From: Minisyncoccota bacterium
Lineage (GTDB): Bacteria; Patescibacteriota; Minisyncoccia; Minisyncoccales; JAGOPM01
DNA length: 64,000 nucleotides
Assembly (NCBI GenBank): GCA_041651395.1
Contig: JBAZJI010000001.1
Location: forward strand, 571,920-635,919
Direction of reading: 5' to 3'
Shown: in pieces, positions 54,205-62,973 of the stretch
Layout: the number at the start of each line of letters is the position of its first letter
How positions within the stretch are numbered: position 1 is the first letter of the stretch
Made by a program: the position numbers and the translations under genes
The notes under the pieces: generated by a model
What the model was told of the DNA's origin: nothing
Databases searched by the model: none
Seen by the model: the letters and a program-made list of their open reading frames with translations, nothing else

Positions 54205-54928
54205 CCCGCTTGTGCATATCGAAAATATTTCCCACCGCTTCCGCGCCCCAGATCAGGGCCGCTTTACGGTCTTAAAAGAAATTGACTTCCATGTTTATAA
54301 AGGAGAATATGTTGCCCTGATTGGCCCTTCTGGGTGCGGTAAATCCACTCTGCTGAATATCATTGCCGGCTTGGAAAAACCCAGTAACGGCAAAATCAAT
54401 AATAATGCCAAGGAAACTGGAATGGTTTTTCAAAACTTCGCCATTTTCCCCTGGCTGACTGTTTTCGAAAATATTGAATTCGGCTTAAAAATGCAGGGTA
54501 TGGGGCAAGCCGCTAGGCAAAAAATCGTGGAAGAAAAAATTAAAGAAGTTGATTTGATTGGCTCGGAAAAAAAATATCCCCGGGAACTTTCCGGTGGCAT
54601 GAAACAAAGAGTCGGCTTGGCGCGGGCGCTCGCCATCCGGCCGGAGCTTTTATTAATGGATGAGCCGTTTTCCAATTTGGACGCCCTTACAGCTGAAACC
54701 CTCCGCCAGGATGTCTTAAAAATCTGCGCTAAATATGCCATGACTGTCATCATGGTAACGCATATTATTGAAGAGGCGGTGGAAATGGCTGATAAAATTA
54801 TGGTTTTCTCGCCCAGGCCCGGACAGATTATTGAAAAGATTACCGTGGAGCTTGACCACCCGCGCGACAAACGCTCTCCTATTTTTTATAAACTTTGCGA
54901 CAAAATTAGTTCCCTTATTGAGAAATAA
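54197..54928 (+). CDS. ABC transporter ATP-binding protein (NitT/TauT-type)
   Basis: Walker A GPSGCGKST, signature LSGGMKQR, Walker B LLLMDEPF. It overlaps the permease stop. Confidence 0.9.
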   Translation: MNNPLVHIENISHRFRAPDQGRFTVLKEIDFHVYKGEYVALIGPSGCGKSTLLNIIAGLEKPSNGKINNNAKETGMVFQNFAIFPWLTVFENIEFGLKMQGMGQAARQKIVEEKIKEVDLIGSEKKYPRELSGGMKQRVGLARALAIRPELLLMDEPFSNLDALTAETLRQDVLKICAKYAMTVIMVTHIIEEAVEMADKIMVFSPRPGQIIEKITVELDHPRDKRSPIFYKLCDKISSLIEK

Positions 54929-54931
54929 AAA

Positions 54932-54955
54932 CCCCCACCAACCAGTGGGGGTTTT
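54932..54955. terminator. Bidirectional terminator hairpin
   Basis: cccccac-(loop)-gtggggg followed by tttt, between convergent genes. Confidence 0.8.
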
Positions 54956-54963
54956 CAAAATAA

Positions 54964-56010
54964 TTACTGCCCTAAGACGTAAGAAAATATTAAGGGTGCG
55001 ACAATAGTGGCGTCACTTTCAATTACAAAACTGGGTGTGGATTTTTCCAGCTTACCCCAAGTAATTTTTTCATTAGGCACAGCCCCGCTGTAAGACCCAT
55101 AGGAAGTCGTGCTATCTGAGATTTGACAAAAATATCCCCACTTCCGGACATTTTCCAACTTCAAATCCTGTTCGAGTAGCGGCACGACGCAAATCGGGAA
55201 ATCTCCAGCAATGCCGCCTCCAATCTGGAAAAATCCGATGGAAAGTTTTTTTGATTCCTCCTTATACCACTCAATAAGCCAAGACATTAGCTCCAAACCT
55301 GATTTAACTACGCTAAGATCTTTGATTTCCCCACGCTTGTGACTGGAAACAATAAAGTTTCCTAAGGTCGAATCCTCCCAGCCGGCCACAAAAATCGGGA
55401 TATTCTTTTCGCAAGCAGCCAATAACCAAGAGTCTTTGGGGTCAATCTGATAATATTGCTCAAGCTCCCCTGTTTTAATAGCCTGATACATAAACTCATA
55501 CGGGAAATACTTTTTCCCCTCATCTTGAGCCTTGAACCAGCATTTTTGCACCACGCGCTCCAAACGGCGCATAGCCTCTTCCTCCGGGATGCAGGTATCA
55601 GTTACCCGGTTCATATGCCTTCTAAGCAAAGCCTCTTCATCATCTTTGGTAAAGTAACGATAGCCCGGAACCCGTTCATAAAAATCGTGGGCAACAAGAT
55701 TAAATAAATCTTCCTCCAAATTGGCACCTGTTGTTGAGATGGCGTGGATTTTTCCTTCCCGGATCATCTCCGCCAAAGTAATGCCAAGTTCAGCCGTGCT
55801 CATCGCTCCGGCCATGGCCAAAAACATTTTTCCGCCCTTATTTATATGCTCAACATAAGCCCGAGCGGCGTCTTTGACAACGGCAGCATTAAAGTGTTGA
55901 AAATTTTTTTCGACAAAATTTTTTATACACTTATGCTGCTGCAATTTTTCTTGCTCCATATTTTTATTTTTTTCTTCATCTAAATGAATTATAGTATTAT
56001 TTTTTGGCAA
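54964..56010 (-). CDS. Deoxyhypusine synthase-like protein
   Basis: FLAMAGAMSTAELG, ISTTGANLEEDL and GGGIAGDF blocks are typical of the DHS family. The start is uncertain (TTG 56010 or ATG 55959). Confidence 0.75.
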   Translation of the reverse strand: MPKNNTIIHLDEEKNKNMEQEKLQQHKCIKNFVEKNFQHFNAAVVKDAARAYVEHINKGGKMFLAMAGAMSTAELGITLAEMIREGKIHAISTTGANLEEDLFNLVAHDFYERVPGYRYFTKDDEEALLRRHMNRVTDTCIPEEEAMRRLERVVQKCWFKAQDEGKKYFPYEFMYQAIKTGELEQYYQIDPKDSWLLAACEKNIPIFVAGWEDSTLGNFIVSSHKRGEIKDLSVVKSGLELMSWLIEWYKEESKKLSIGFFQIGGGIAGDFPICVVPLLEQDLKLENVRKWGYFCQISDSTTSYGSYSGAVPNEKITWGKLEKSTPSFVIESDATIVAPLIFSYVLGQ

Positions 56011-56040
56011 TGCAAGAAAAAATAAAATTATTTTTCAAAA

Positions 56041-56064
56041 AAAATCCGGCGTTATCCGGATTTT
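56041..56064. terminator. Symmetric hairpin with flanking A/T runs
   Basis: aaaatccgg-(6 nt)-ccggatttt. It could terminate transcription coming from xth. Confidence 0.55.
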
Positions 56065-56283
56065 TTCTTTTTAACTCTACTGAGCTTTAAGGAGTATATG
56101 TTGCCCAATTACTGGCATTGGGGAATTTTGCACCCGAGGCCCAAGCTGTTTCACTACCTACGGTATTATAAGTCCCCTCATAGCAAATATTGGCTTTATA
56201 AGCCAGCCAGCCGGATTACTATAAGAATCATAAGTGTTAAAAAAGTTCAAGGCTCGGATATCAAAAGTATTTGTCCAGCCCCC

Positions 56284-57057
56284 CTAAAAACCGTCTAATT
56301 CTACCATGACCGGGCAATGGTCAGACCCTAATACTTCTTTTTTAATCGAGGAATTTTTAACTTTAGGAAACAGTTTTTTAGAAGTGAAAATATAATCAAT
56401 TCTCCAGCCGATATCCCTCTCCCTAAGATTAGCCATATATGGCCACCAGCTAAAACATTGCCTCAAAGGATTTTGCTCCCGAAAGGCATCAACATACCCC
56501 AAATCAATAAGCCTATCTATTTGTTCCCTTTCGCCAAGAGTAAACATCGTATTATTTTTGTTATGCTTGGCATTAAATACATCTATCTCCTTATGGGCAA
56601 TATTAAAATCCCCGGCTAAAATAATATTTTTATTCTTTTGAGAAGCAAATATCTCTAATAATTTTGTGTAAGTATCCAATTTATAAGGTATATCGCGCTT
56701 ATCTCTAGAACCATTGGGGATATAAAAGTTATAAAGAGTAAATTCGTCAAAAATCATTTTTATACCCCGCCCTTCTCCGTCGAATCTCCCGGGCAGGATA
56801 CTGGTTTCAAAAACCTTGGGTTGAACTTTAGTATATACAGCCGTGCCCGAATAGCCCTTTTTTTGGGCAGAATTAAAATATGAGTAATACCCATTAATTT
56901 TTACAAGTTCGGGCGGCAAATCCAAAACATTTGCTTTTATTTCTTGCAAACAAATAATATCAGCCGGCTCTTGGGCCAGCCATTTAATAAAGCCTTGGCG
57001 GGCCGCCGAGCGCAAACCATTTACATTCCAAGAAATTATTTTTATTTTTCTGGCCAT
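56284..57057 (-). CDS. xth: Exodeoxyribonuclease III
   Basis: KIISWNVNGLRSA, LQEIK and GSDHCPVMVEL. Confidence 0.92.
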   Translation of the reverse strand: MARKIKIISWNVNGLRSAARQGFIKWLAQEPADIICLQEIKANVLDLPPELVKINGYYSYFNSAQKKGYSGTAVYTKVQPKVFETSILPGRFDGEGRGIKMIFDEFTLYNFYIPNGSRDKRDIPYKLDTYTKLLEIFASQKNKNIILAGDFNIAHKEIDVFNAKHNKNNTMFTLGEREQIDRLIDLGYVDAFREQNPLRQCFSWWPYMANLRERDIGWRIDYIFTSKKLFPKVKNSSIKKEVLGSDHCPVMVELDGF

Positions 57058-57069
57058 TTCTTTTCCAGC

Positions 57070-57621
57070 TTAAACGCCAAATATTTTCCGTGCTTCGTCA
57101 TAAAGCGCTAAAATATCCGCCTCCAAACAAACCGGAATAAATTTTTTCTTATCCTCTGCGCCAAGCGTATGCAGGGCTTCTATTTTCCACGCCTCAAAAC
57201 CAAGTGCTTTGCCCTTTTCTACTACGAGCTCTTCTAAAGGCTTATCATAAAGATAAGCGAACTGGGCGCGCATAGAATTATTTATTAATCCCGTAGCGCC
57301 GTCCACCATATATTTTTTCTGCTTAGCCAAAAAATGGAGTTTTTGGGGATTAATATCTACACCCGTTTCTTCCTTGCCCTCCTTTAAGGCCGTCTCCTCA
57401 TAGGTGGCGCCAATTTCTACATGCCCGCCTACCGTAGCATCAAGCTTGTCCGGATAGGTTTCTTTGTCTTTAGCCCGATGCTGAAAGATAATTTCCCCCT
57501 TGGGAGTAATAAACCAAATATGCACTTCGCGATGCAAAAAACCTTCTTTATGTATTTTTGAGCGTAGTTCCCGACCGACAACCTCATCGTTTTCATTAAC
57601 AATATCTAAATATCCATCCAT
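57070..57621 (-). CDS. NUDIX hydrolase
   Basis: Intact Nudix box GGHVEIGATYEETALKEGKEETGV. Confidence 0.8.
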   Translation of the reverse strand: MDGYLDIVNENDEVVGRELRSKIHKEGFLHREVHIWFITPKGEIIFQHRAKDKETYPDKLDATVGGHVEIGATYEETALKEGKEETGVDINPQKLHFLAKQKKYMVDGATGLINNSMRAQFAYLYDKPLEELVVEKGKALGFEAWKIEALHTLGAEDKKKFIPVCLEADILALYDEARKIFGV

Positions 57622-57633
57622 AATTTTCCACGT

Positions 57634-58212
57634 TTATTTTATATCAAGACCAAAGCCGGCAAGCAAGGCCAAAACTTCGGGTTGTGAAAATCTCGCCTTT
57701 TTTAAGCGGCATTTAGTCGGATCAATATAATAATTTTTTGCGCTTGAAAAATCCGCCTCTTCCAAATTGGCTCCATCAAAAACGCTGCCCTTCAAGTCGC
57801 ACCCGGTAAAAACGGCTTTTTTAAGATTAGTGTCGATAAAATCGGTTTCTTTGAGTATGCAATCAATAAAACGACTCTCCTCCATTTTTAACCCGGTAAA
57901 ATTACATAATTCAATGCGGCAATGCTTAAATTCCCAGCTTAACAGAAATGGATTAACTTCCTTAAACAATACGCCTAAAAATTTGCATTCTTCAAAAATG
58001 GTTTCCCGAAAACCGCAAGCATAAATTTTGATACTGGAAAAATCACAATCCTTAAAGGTGCAGCCGATGAAAACCGTTTCTCCAAAATCGCAATTACTGA
58101 AATCGCATTTTTCAAAAATGCAATCGGTAAATTCTTTGTCTTTAATCTTTTGTCCGGCAAGGGTCAGTTTTGAAAGCTTTTCTTGGTCGTATGAGTTTTC
58201 TTTTAATTCCAT
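57634..58212 (-). CDS. Pentapeptide repeat protein
   Basis: Long run of A(D/N)LXX-type repeats (CDFSNCDFGETVFIGCTFKDCDFSS...). Confidence 0.85.
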   Translation of the reverse strand: MELKENSYDQEKLSKLTLAGQKIKDKEFTDCIFEKCDFSNCDFGETVFIGCTFKDCDFSSIKIYACGFRETIFEECKFLGVLFKEVNPFLLSWEFKHCRIELCNFTGLKMEESRFIDCILKETDFIDTNLKKAVFTGCDLKGSVFDGANLEEADFSSAKNYYIDPTKCRLKKARFSQPEVLALLAGFGLDIK

Positions 58213-58250
58213 AGATTATTATAATAATTATCCCTTTATTGTTGGCTTGA

Positions 58251-59231
58251 TCATCTCCTTAAAAATGCTTCAACTAGCCCTTTGGTTTCCTCCGGGCCCC
58301 TAGCCTTCATCAAACTGTCCCTGAGTTCTTTGGCGCCCACAAACCCTTTACAATAGGCATGCAGGTGCTTTTTAATCCGTTCAAAATTTCTATAGTATAC
58401 TCTAGTGCCGGCTGGCCGTGGATAAAAATTACAAAATAACTCGACATGCTCAAGCATGGCCTTGAGCCTCTCTTGAGGGCATGGTTCATAGCCAGAAAAA
58501 AACCACGGGTTGCCTATAGCTCCCCGCCCTACCATTATTCCATCGAGGCCCGTTTCCTGGGCCAACTTTTCCAGCTCTGCCATCGACTTTACATCCCCAT
58601 TGCCCAAAATTAAAGTTTCAGGGCAATATTTTGCCCGCAATTTCAAAACTTCTCCGGCCAATTCCCAATGAGCCGGTGGGTGGAACAATTCCTGCCTCGT
58701 GCGCAAGTGCACGGTAAGAGCCGCCACACCCTCTTCTAAAATATTTGGCAGCCACTCTTCAATCTCATTTTTGCCATAGCCAATACGCGTCTTAACTGAA
58801 ATCGGAAATTCGGGCACAGTCTCTTTTATTGCCCGGATAATTTCCCTAGCCAAGCCGGGATTTTTCATCAAGGCCGCACCGCCGCCTTTTTTCTCAATAT
58901 CCTTATTAGGGCAGCCCATATTGAGATCTATTCCATCAAATCCTAGCTCCTTTAGGAGCTGGGCGGTTTTGGCGAAATACGAAGGATTATTCCCAAAAAC
59001 TTGAGCCACTATCGGATGCTCGCCCTGAGCAAACCGCAAAGTCTCTTTCAAACAATGGTCTTTGCCCCTGGAAAACAACTCTTGGTCAGAAATAAATTCA
59101 GTCCAAAAGACATCCGGCCGCCCATATTTTAGAAACATCTCCCGAAAAGGTTCATCAGTTACATCCGACATGGGCGCAACGGCCAAAATCGGGCGCTTCA
59201 AATTTTTCCAAAAATCTTCAGACATAATCAA
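58251..59231 (-). CDS. dus: tRNA-dihydrouridine synthase
   Basis: LAVAPMSDVTDEPFR, IDLNMGCP and a GNGD...MVGRGAIGNPW pattern. Confidence 0.88.
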   Translation of the reverse strand: MIMSEDFWKNLKRPILAVAPMSDVTDEPFREMFLKYGRPDVFWTEFISDQELFSRGKDHCLKETLRFAQGEHPIVAQVFGNNPSYFAKTAQLLKELGFDGIDLNMGCPNKDIEKKGGGAALMKNPGLAREIIRAIKETVPEFPISVKTRIGYGKNEIEEWLPNILEEGVAALTVHLRTRQELFHPPAHWELAGEVLKLRAKYCPETLILGNGDVKSMAELEKLAQETGLDGIMVGRGAIGNPWFFSGYEPCPQERLKAMLEHVELFCNFYPRPAGTRVYYRNFERIKKHLHAYCKGFVGAKELRDSLMKARGPEETKGLVEAFLRR

Positions 59232-59240
59232 TTCTCCGGT

Positions 59241-60023
59241 TTATTTATCATCATCCTCGTCGTAACCGAATTGATAATTAAAAATATCCGACTTAATCGG
59301 GCCGATTAATTGAACATAGGCTTCCGATAAAATATATTTTACCGCCGTCTTCATCCTCCCATCCTTTTTAAGCCTCCTAACAGAAACAAAAACAGGATAC
59401 GACTTTAATATCCCAAATTTACCCAGTTGGGTTGCTCGCTGGGCATAGTCGTGATCTTCGGATAATTTTAATTCTTCATTAAACCCATTTATTCTCTGAT
59501 GGATAGATTTGTCTACTATAATACAACAGCCCGGAATATGCGGCACTATTTTACATGAGGCTTTAATAAACAAATTAACCGCCTTATGGAGAACCTCATC
59601 TATCATTTTTTCAGAAATTGGCCTAATAACACATGTCGCAATCTGCAAATCCCTTTTTTTGAATTCCGCTACACAACGCCTCAAAAAATCTTTTGTAGGC
59701 AATATCACGTCCGCATCCAAAAAAATCAAAATTCCTCCTTTAGCTTTTTTTGCCCCATTATTCCTTGCTTGCGCGGGCATCCCTCCTGGGATTACCCTGG
59801 CCCCATATGCTTTGGCGATTTTTGTTGTCTGGTCGCTTGATTTATTGTCTGCTACGATTACCTCATAATTTACTCCCTTCTGCCTTTTTATTGATTCGAG
59901 CAAATCGGGAAGCAATTTCTCCTCATTAAATGTTGGGATTATAATACTCAATAGATTGTTCTGAGAATTTTCTGACATAATCCCTATTTTTTCCATATCA
60001 TTTTTTCTTTTCTTATAATACAT
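59241..60023 (-). CDS. Glycosyltransferase family 2
   Basis: LSIIIPTFNEE, VIVADNKSSD and FLDADV (DxD). Confidence 0.85.
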   Translation of the reverse strand: MYYKKRKNDMEKIGIMSENSQNNLLSIIIPTFNEEKLLPDLLESIKRQKGVNYEVIVADNKSSDQTTKIAKAYGARVIPGGMPAQARNNGAKKAKGGILIFLDADVILPTKDFLRRCVAEFKKRDLQIATCVIRPISEKMIDEVLHKAVNLFIKASCKIVPHIPGCCIIVDKSIHQRINGFNEELKLSEDHDYAQRATQLGKFGILKSYPVFVSVRRLKKDGRMKTAVKYILSEAYVQLIGPIKSDIFNYQFGYDEDDDK

Positions 60024-60084
60024 TTTTTCTGTTTTCGATTCAAATTAAAAGCCGCTTATTATTGGTAAGCGGTTTTGCTCTAAT

Positions 60085-60990
60085 TTATTTTGCTATAGAG
60101 ATGAGACTATCAAGCTCGCGGACATCCAAACCTTTCGTTTTGGCAATATTCTTCAAAAATTCGGCATTTTGCCTCAGGGTTCCGTACATTTTTTGGAAAA
60201 CCTCCTGCCCAAAAGCGCCATCCACAAATTGTTGAAGATCAGAAGCCTCGCCTCGCGCATAATAATCCACCATTTGCCTTTTTGTTTCAGATGCGGTTTT
60301 TCCACGCAAAGTCGCTACATAGCCGACTATTATATCCAACAATCTTCCTTCCAACCAATAACCTGATATATGCGATGCCCAATTTGTTTCTTTTTCTATA
60401 TCGTCGGTTATGTGCTCGGTCAATGTTTCAAGCCAAAAAGAAGGCATTTGCTCAATTAATTGACTGGTTTGATAATGGATAAATTCATGGGCTGCAACAT
60501 ATCCAATCTGATCCGGCTTTACACTGGAATATTCTCGAAAATTGCCAACGGAATAGCTTGATAATGCCAGATAGACCATTCCATCCTTATAACGGCCATT
60601 ATGCAAGCCGTCCGGCCTACTAGCTCTGACCATATCCATAGACATCGGCTTGCACGGATATCCGTGTCTTTGGAAATAGTCCCGGACCAAATCAATCGAT
60701 TCCCTTATCCAATTCTCTTCCTGTGCAGTGAATTTTCGTTCTGCATCCACTGTTTCCGGCTTTGGCTTTACTTGTTCATCGGAAGTAGCCGTTGTTTCAT
60801 TTTCCGATCTTTTGACGATATCGGTATTGGTGTTGAAATCTTTAGGAATAACCGATATCTCCTCCGAGCCCTTGTCTTTTTCTGCAGCATTATCAGACCC
60901 TTCTCTGCTACCAAAGCGACATCCCGTTAATGCGGAAGTGCCACCCGCTAGGAAAACAAAAACCATTGCTAAAACTGCCAATCTTCTCAT
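60085..60990 (-). CDS. Lipoprotein with HEXXH motif (putative Zn metallopeptidase)
   Basis: Lipobox FLAGGTSALTGC. HEFIH at YVAAHEFIHYQT. Confidence 0.55.
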   Translation of the reverse strand: MRRLAVLAMVFVFLAGGTSALTGCRFGSREGSDNAAEKDKGSEEISVIPKDFNTNTDIVKRSENETTATSDEQVKPKPETVDAERKFTAQEENWIRESIDLVRDYFQRHGYPCKPMSMDMVRASRPDGLHNGRYKDGMVYLALSSYSVGNFREYSSVKPDQIGYVAAHEFIHYQTSQLIEQMPSFWLETLTEHITDDIEKETNWASHISGYWLEGRLLDIIVGYVATLRGKTASETKRQMVDYYARGEASDLQQFVDGAFGQEVFQKMYGTLRQNAEFLKNIAKTKGLDVRELDSLISIAK

Positions 60991-61124
60991 CTTTCATCTT
61001 CCCCCTTTGTTTTTTAAGATCTTTTAGCTCAAAAAGCTATGTTTAGTTATAGAATATTAGTATGATATGTCAATAGAACACAGATTACCCCTCTTACCGA
61101 AAAATCTGTGGCCGATTTACGGGC

Positions 61125-61934
61125 TTAATGCCGCCAGTTTTGTATGAGACGGACAAAAAAACGTACAATGGAATTGATAAGGAAAGAAATAAAAAATACA
61201 AAAGGAAATGTATAGCCAAAAAATCCGCCGAAGAAATATTGAGCCCAAAAACCATTTGAATTCATTAGTACTGCCGATGGGTTTTCCATCAATAACGAAA
61301 CCAGAGTCACGCAATAAAATAACGTTGTTAAAAATAAAATTAATATTTTTTCCGCTTTTGGCTTTTTTATAAAAAAATATAGAGCTGCCAAAATAATCGG
61401 AGAGAAACAATAAAGCGGGCTGATTCTCAATAAAAAATAATAAATTAGCGGCAGTATTGCCACCACACAATAAAACAAACCTTTTCTCCAATTTTTACTT
61501 TTGACGGATTCGTATAAAAAAAATAATGCTAGACAACATAAAACGCAATATAAAGGAATTACGATAAAAGGAAAAGCAAGGGCAAGACCCAAGCCTTCGC
61601 TTGAAAAACCATAACCGCGCTCCACGGTGCCTATTGCTGGAAACGTTCCGATAAAATATAAATAAATCAACATTACCTTCATTAATATAGTACTATGCAT
61701 GCCCGCTGCGGAAATGTCAGAGCGGGTAATCCTTCGATATATGAGAATAAAAGCCAGGGTTATAAAAAATACGCTTATGATAAGCCCGGAAATATAAGAA
61801 TATTTAATTTTAATTCCTATAAGCCCGGCCAAATTAAAAATGACGAGATTTAGTATCGGCGAGCATATCGGGGCCAATAATCCAAATAGAAATATTATTG
61901 CGATCCAAAAAACCCATACATCTTTTTGCGTCAT
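61125..61934 (-). CDS. Polytopic membrane protein, unknown function
   Basis: At least 7 hydrophobic segments. No family recognised. Confidence 0.6.
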   Translation of the reverse strand: MTQKDVWVFWIAIIFLFGLLAPICSPILNLVIFNLAGLIGIKIKYSYISGLIISVFFITLAFILIYRRITRSDISAAGMHSTILMKVMLIYLYFIGTFPAIGTVERGYGFSSEGLGLALAFPFIVIPLYCVLCCLALFFLYESVKSKNWRKGLFYCVVAILPLIYYFLLRISPLYCFSPIILAALYFFIKKPKAEKILILFLTTLFYCVTLVSLLMENPSAVLMNSNGFWAQYFFGGFFGYTFPFVFFISFLINSIVRFFVRLIQNWRH

Positions 61935-62006
61935 ATTTTTCTAATTGATATATTGATACAATTATAGCATACAAAAACCGCAGAGGTACCCCCTGCGGTG
62001 ATTTTA

Positions 62007-62810
62007 TTATCTTGTCATCATACTCATATATATTCCTTCCCGATAAGGAATGACTCCTTCTTCCACCGGAGAAATATCATAAACCGTAATAATAGTTGTT
62101 ATTGATCGTCCTTTGATATTGTTGTATTCTGCCGGAAATTCAAAATCTTTTTCAAATATCGCCGGGTCTGGCAGATCGCTGATGTTAAAAACTTGATTTT
62201 CAATTATTTTGATAATCTGGAGTTCCTTTTGGCCATCTTTTCTTGGCAGCGTCATATTCAAAGAAAAATTAAATTTCAAATTTTCTAATTTGGCATCGGG
62301 CGCTATCTCAAAATTAGCGGCATACTTGAATTTTTCCTTAAGCTTGAGCATACCCACATTGCCAAGCCTGATCTTAGGTTCAGAAATTTTAACGCTTACT
62401 TCAACAACTTTTGTTTCGCAAATAACTTTGTTGTCAACGACTAAGGCTGCACTGGCGCGCACATTAGGCGTTTTGTAAAGCTGCGACACTGCCAATGTAG
62501 GTGAAAATGTGTAAACTTCCCTGCCTTCTTTCAATTTTGTTGAAAACTTGGGCAGATATCTTCCAGCATCACCGTCAAGCTTTAGGATCAGCTCTATTTT
62601 TGCTTTTCCAGGATCAGAAAGTTTGAAGTTTTTGGCTGTGACGTCAAAAAGGAATTCAACGCGCACATTGGATATTTCGTTACTTGTCACAGGCTTCCCC
62701 GCAATGATACTAAACTCTCCGCCTTCGCAATCATTTTCCGCATATACTCCAGTCCCCGTCGGCGACAGGAGCAAAAAGGCCGCAATAACAACGCATAACA
62801 TTCTTTTCAT
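62007..62810 (-). CDS. Secreted hypothetical protein
   Basis: Signal peptide MKRMLCVVIAAFLLLSPTGTGVYA. Confidence 0.6.
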   Translation of the reverse strand: MKRMLCVVIAAFLLLSPTGTGVYAENDCEGGEFSIIAGKPVTSNEISNVRVEFLFDVTAKNFKLSDPGKAKIELILKLDGDAGRYLPKFSTKLKEGREVYTFSPTLAVSQLYKTPNVRASAALVVDNKVICETKVVEVSVKISEPKIRLGNVGMLKLKEKFKYAANFEIAPDAKLENLKFNFSLNMTLPRKDGQKELQIIKIIENQVFNISDLPDPAIFEKDFEFPAEYNNIKGRSITTIITVYDISPVEEGVIPYREGIYMSMMTR

Positions 62811-62973
62811 GCAATAGACCTCCCTTTCAAAGGATTTTTAAGCTGCTGATTATTTATAGTATAAGGCTCCAAATAACACAACCTGCCTTCCCCGGCAAAT
62901 TCGCGGCAAAGCCTTACAAAAAACCGCTAAAGTTTTAGCGGTTATTAATTTTATTTATGGAATTCTTTACGAA

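Noticed and set aside
56284-56286. Possible TAG readthrough or recoding extending xth by 41 codons
   Set aside because: xth already ends at the conserved family C-terminus, and TAG, TAA and TGA all terminate other full-length genes in the window.
56098-56298. 66-aa plus-strand ORF with an SD-like aaggag
   Set aside because: The SD-to-ATG spacing is only 3 nt and the W/Y/H/K/R-rich sequence is implausible. It also runs into the xth 3' end. I kept it only as part of the 'unassigned gap' finding.
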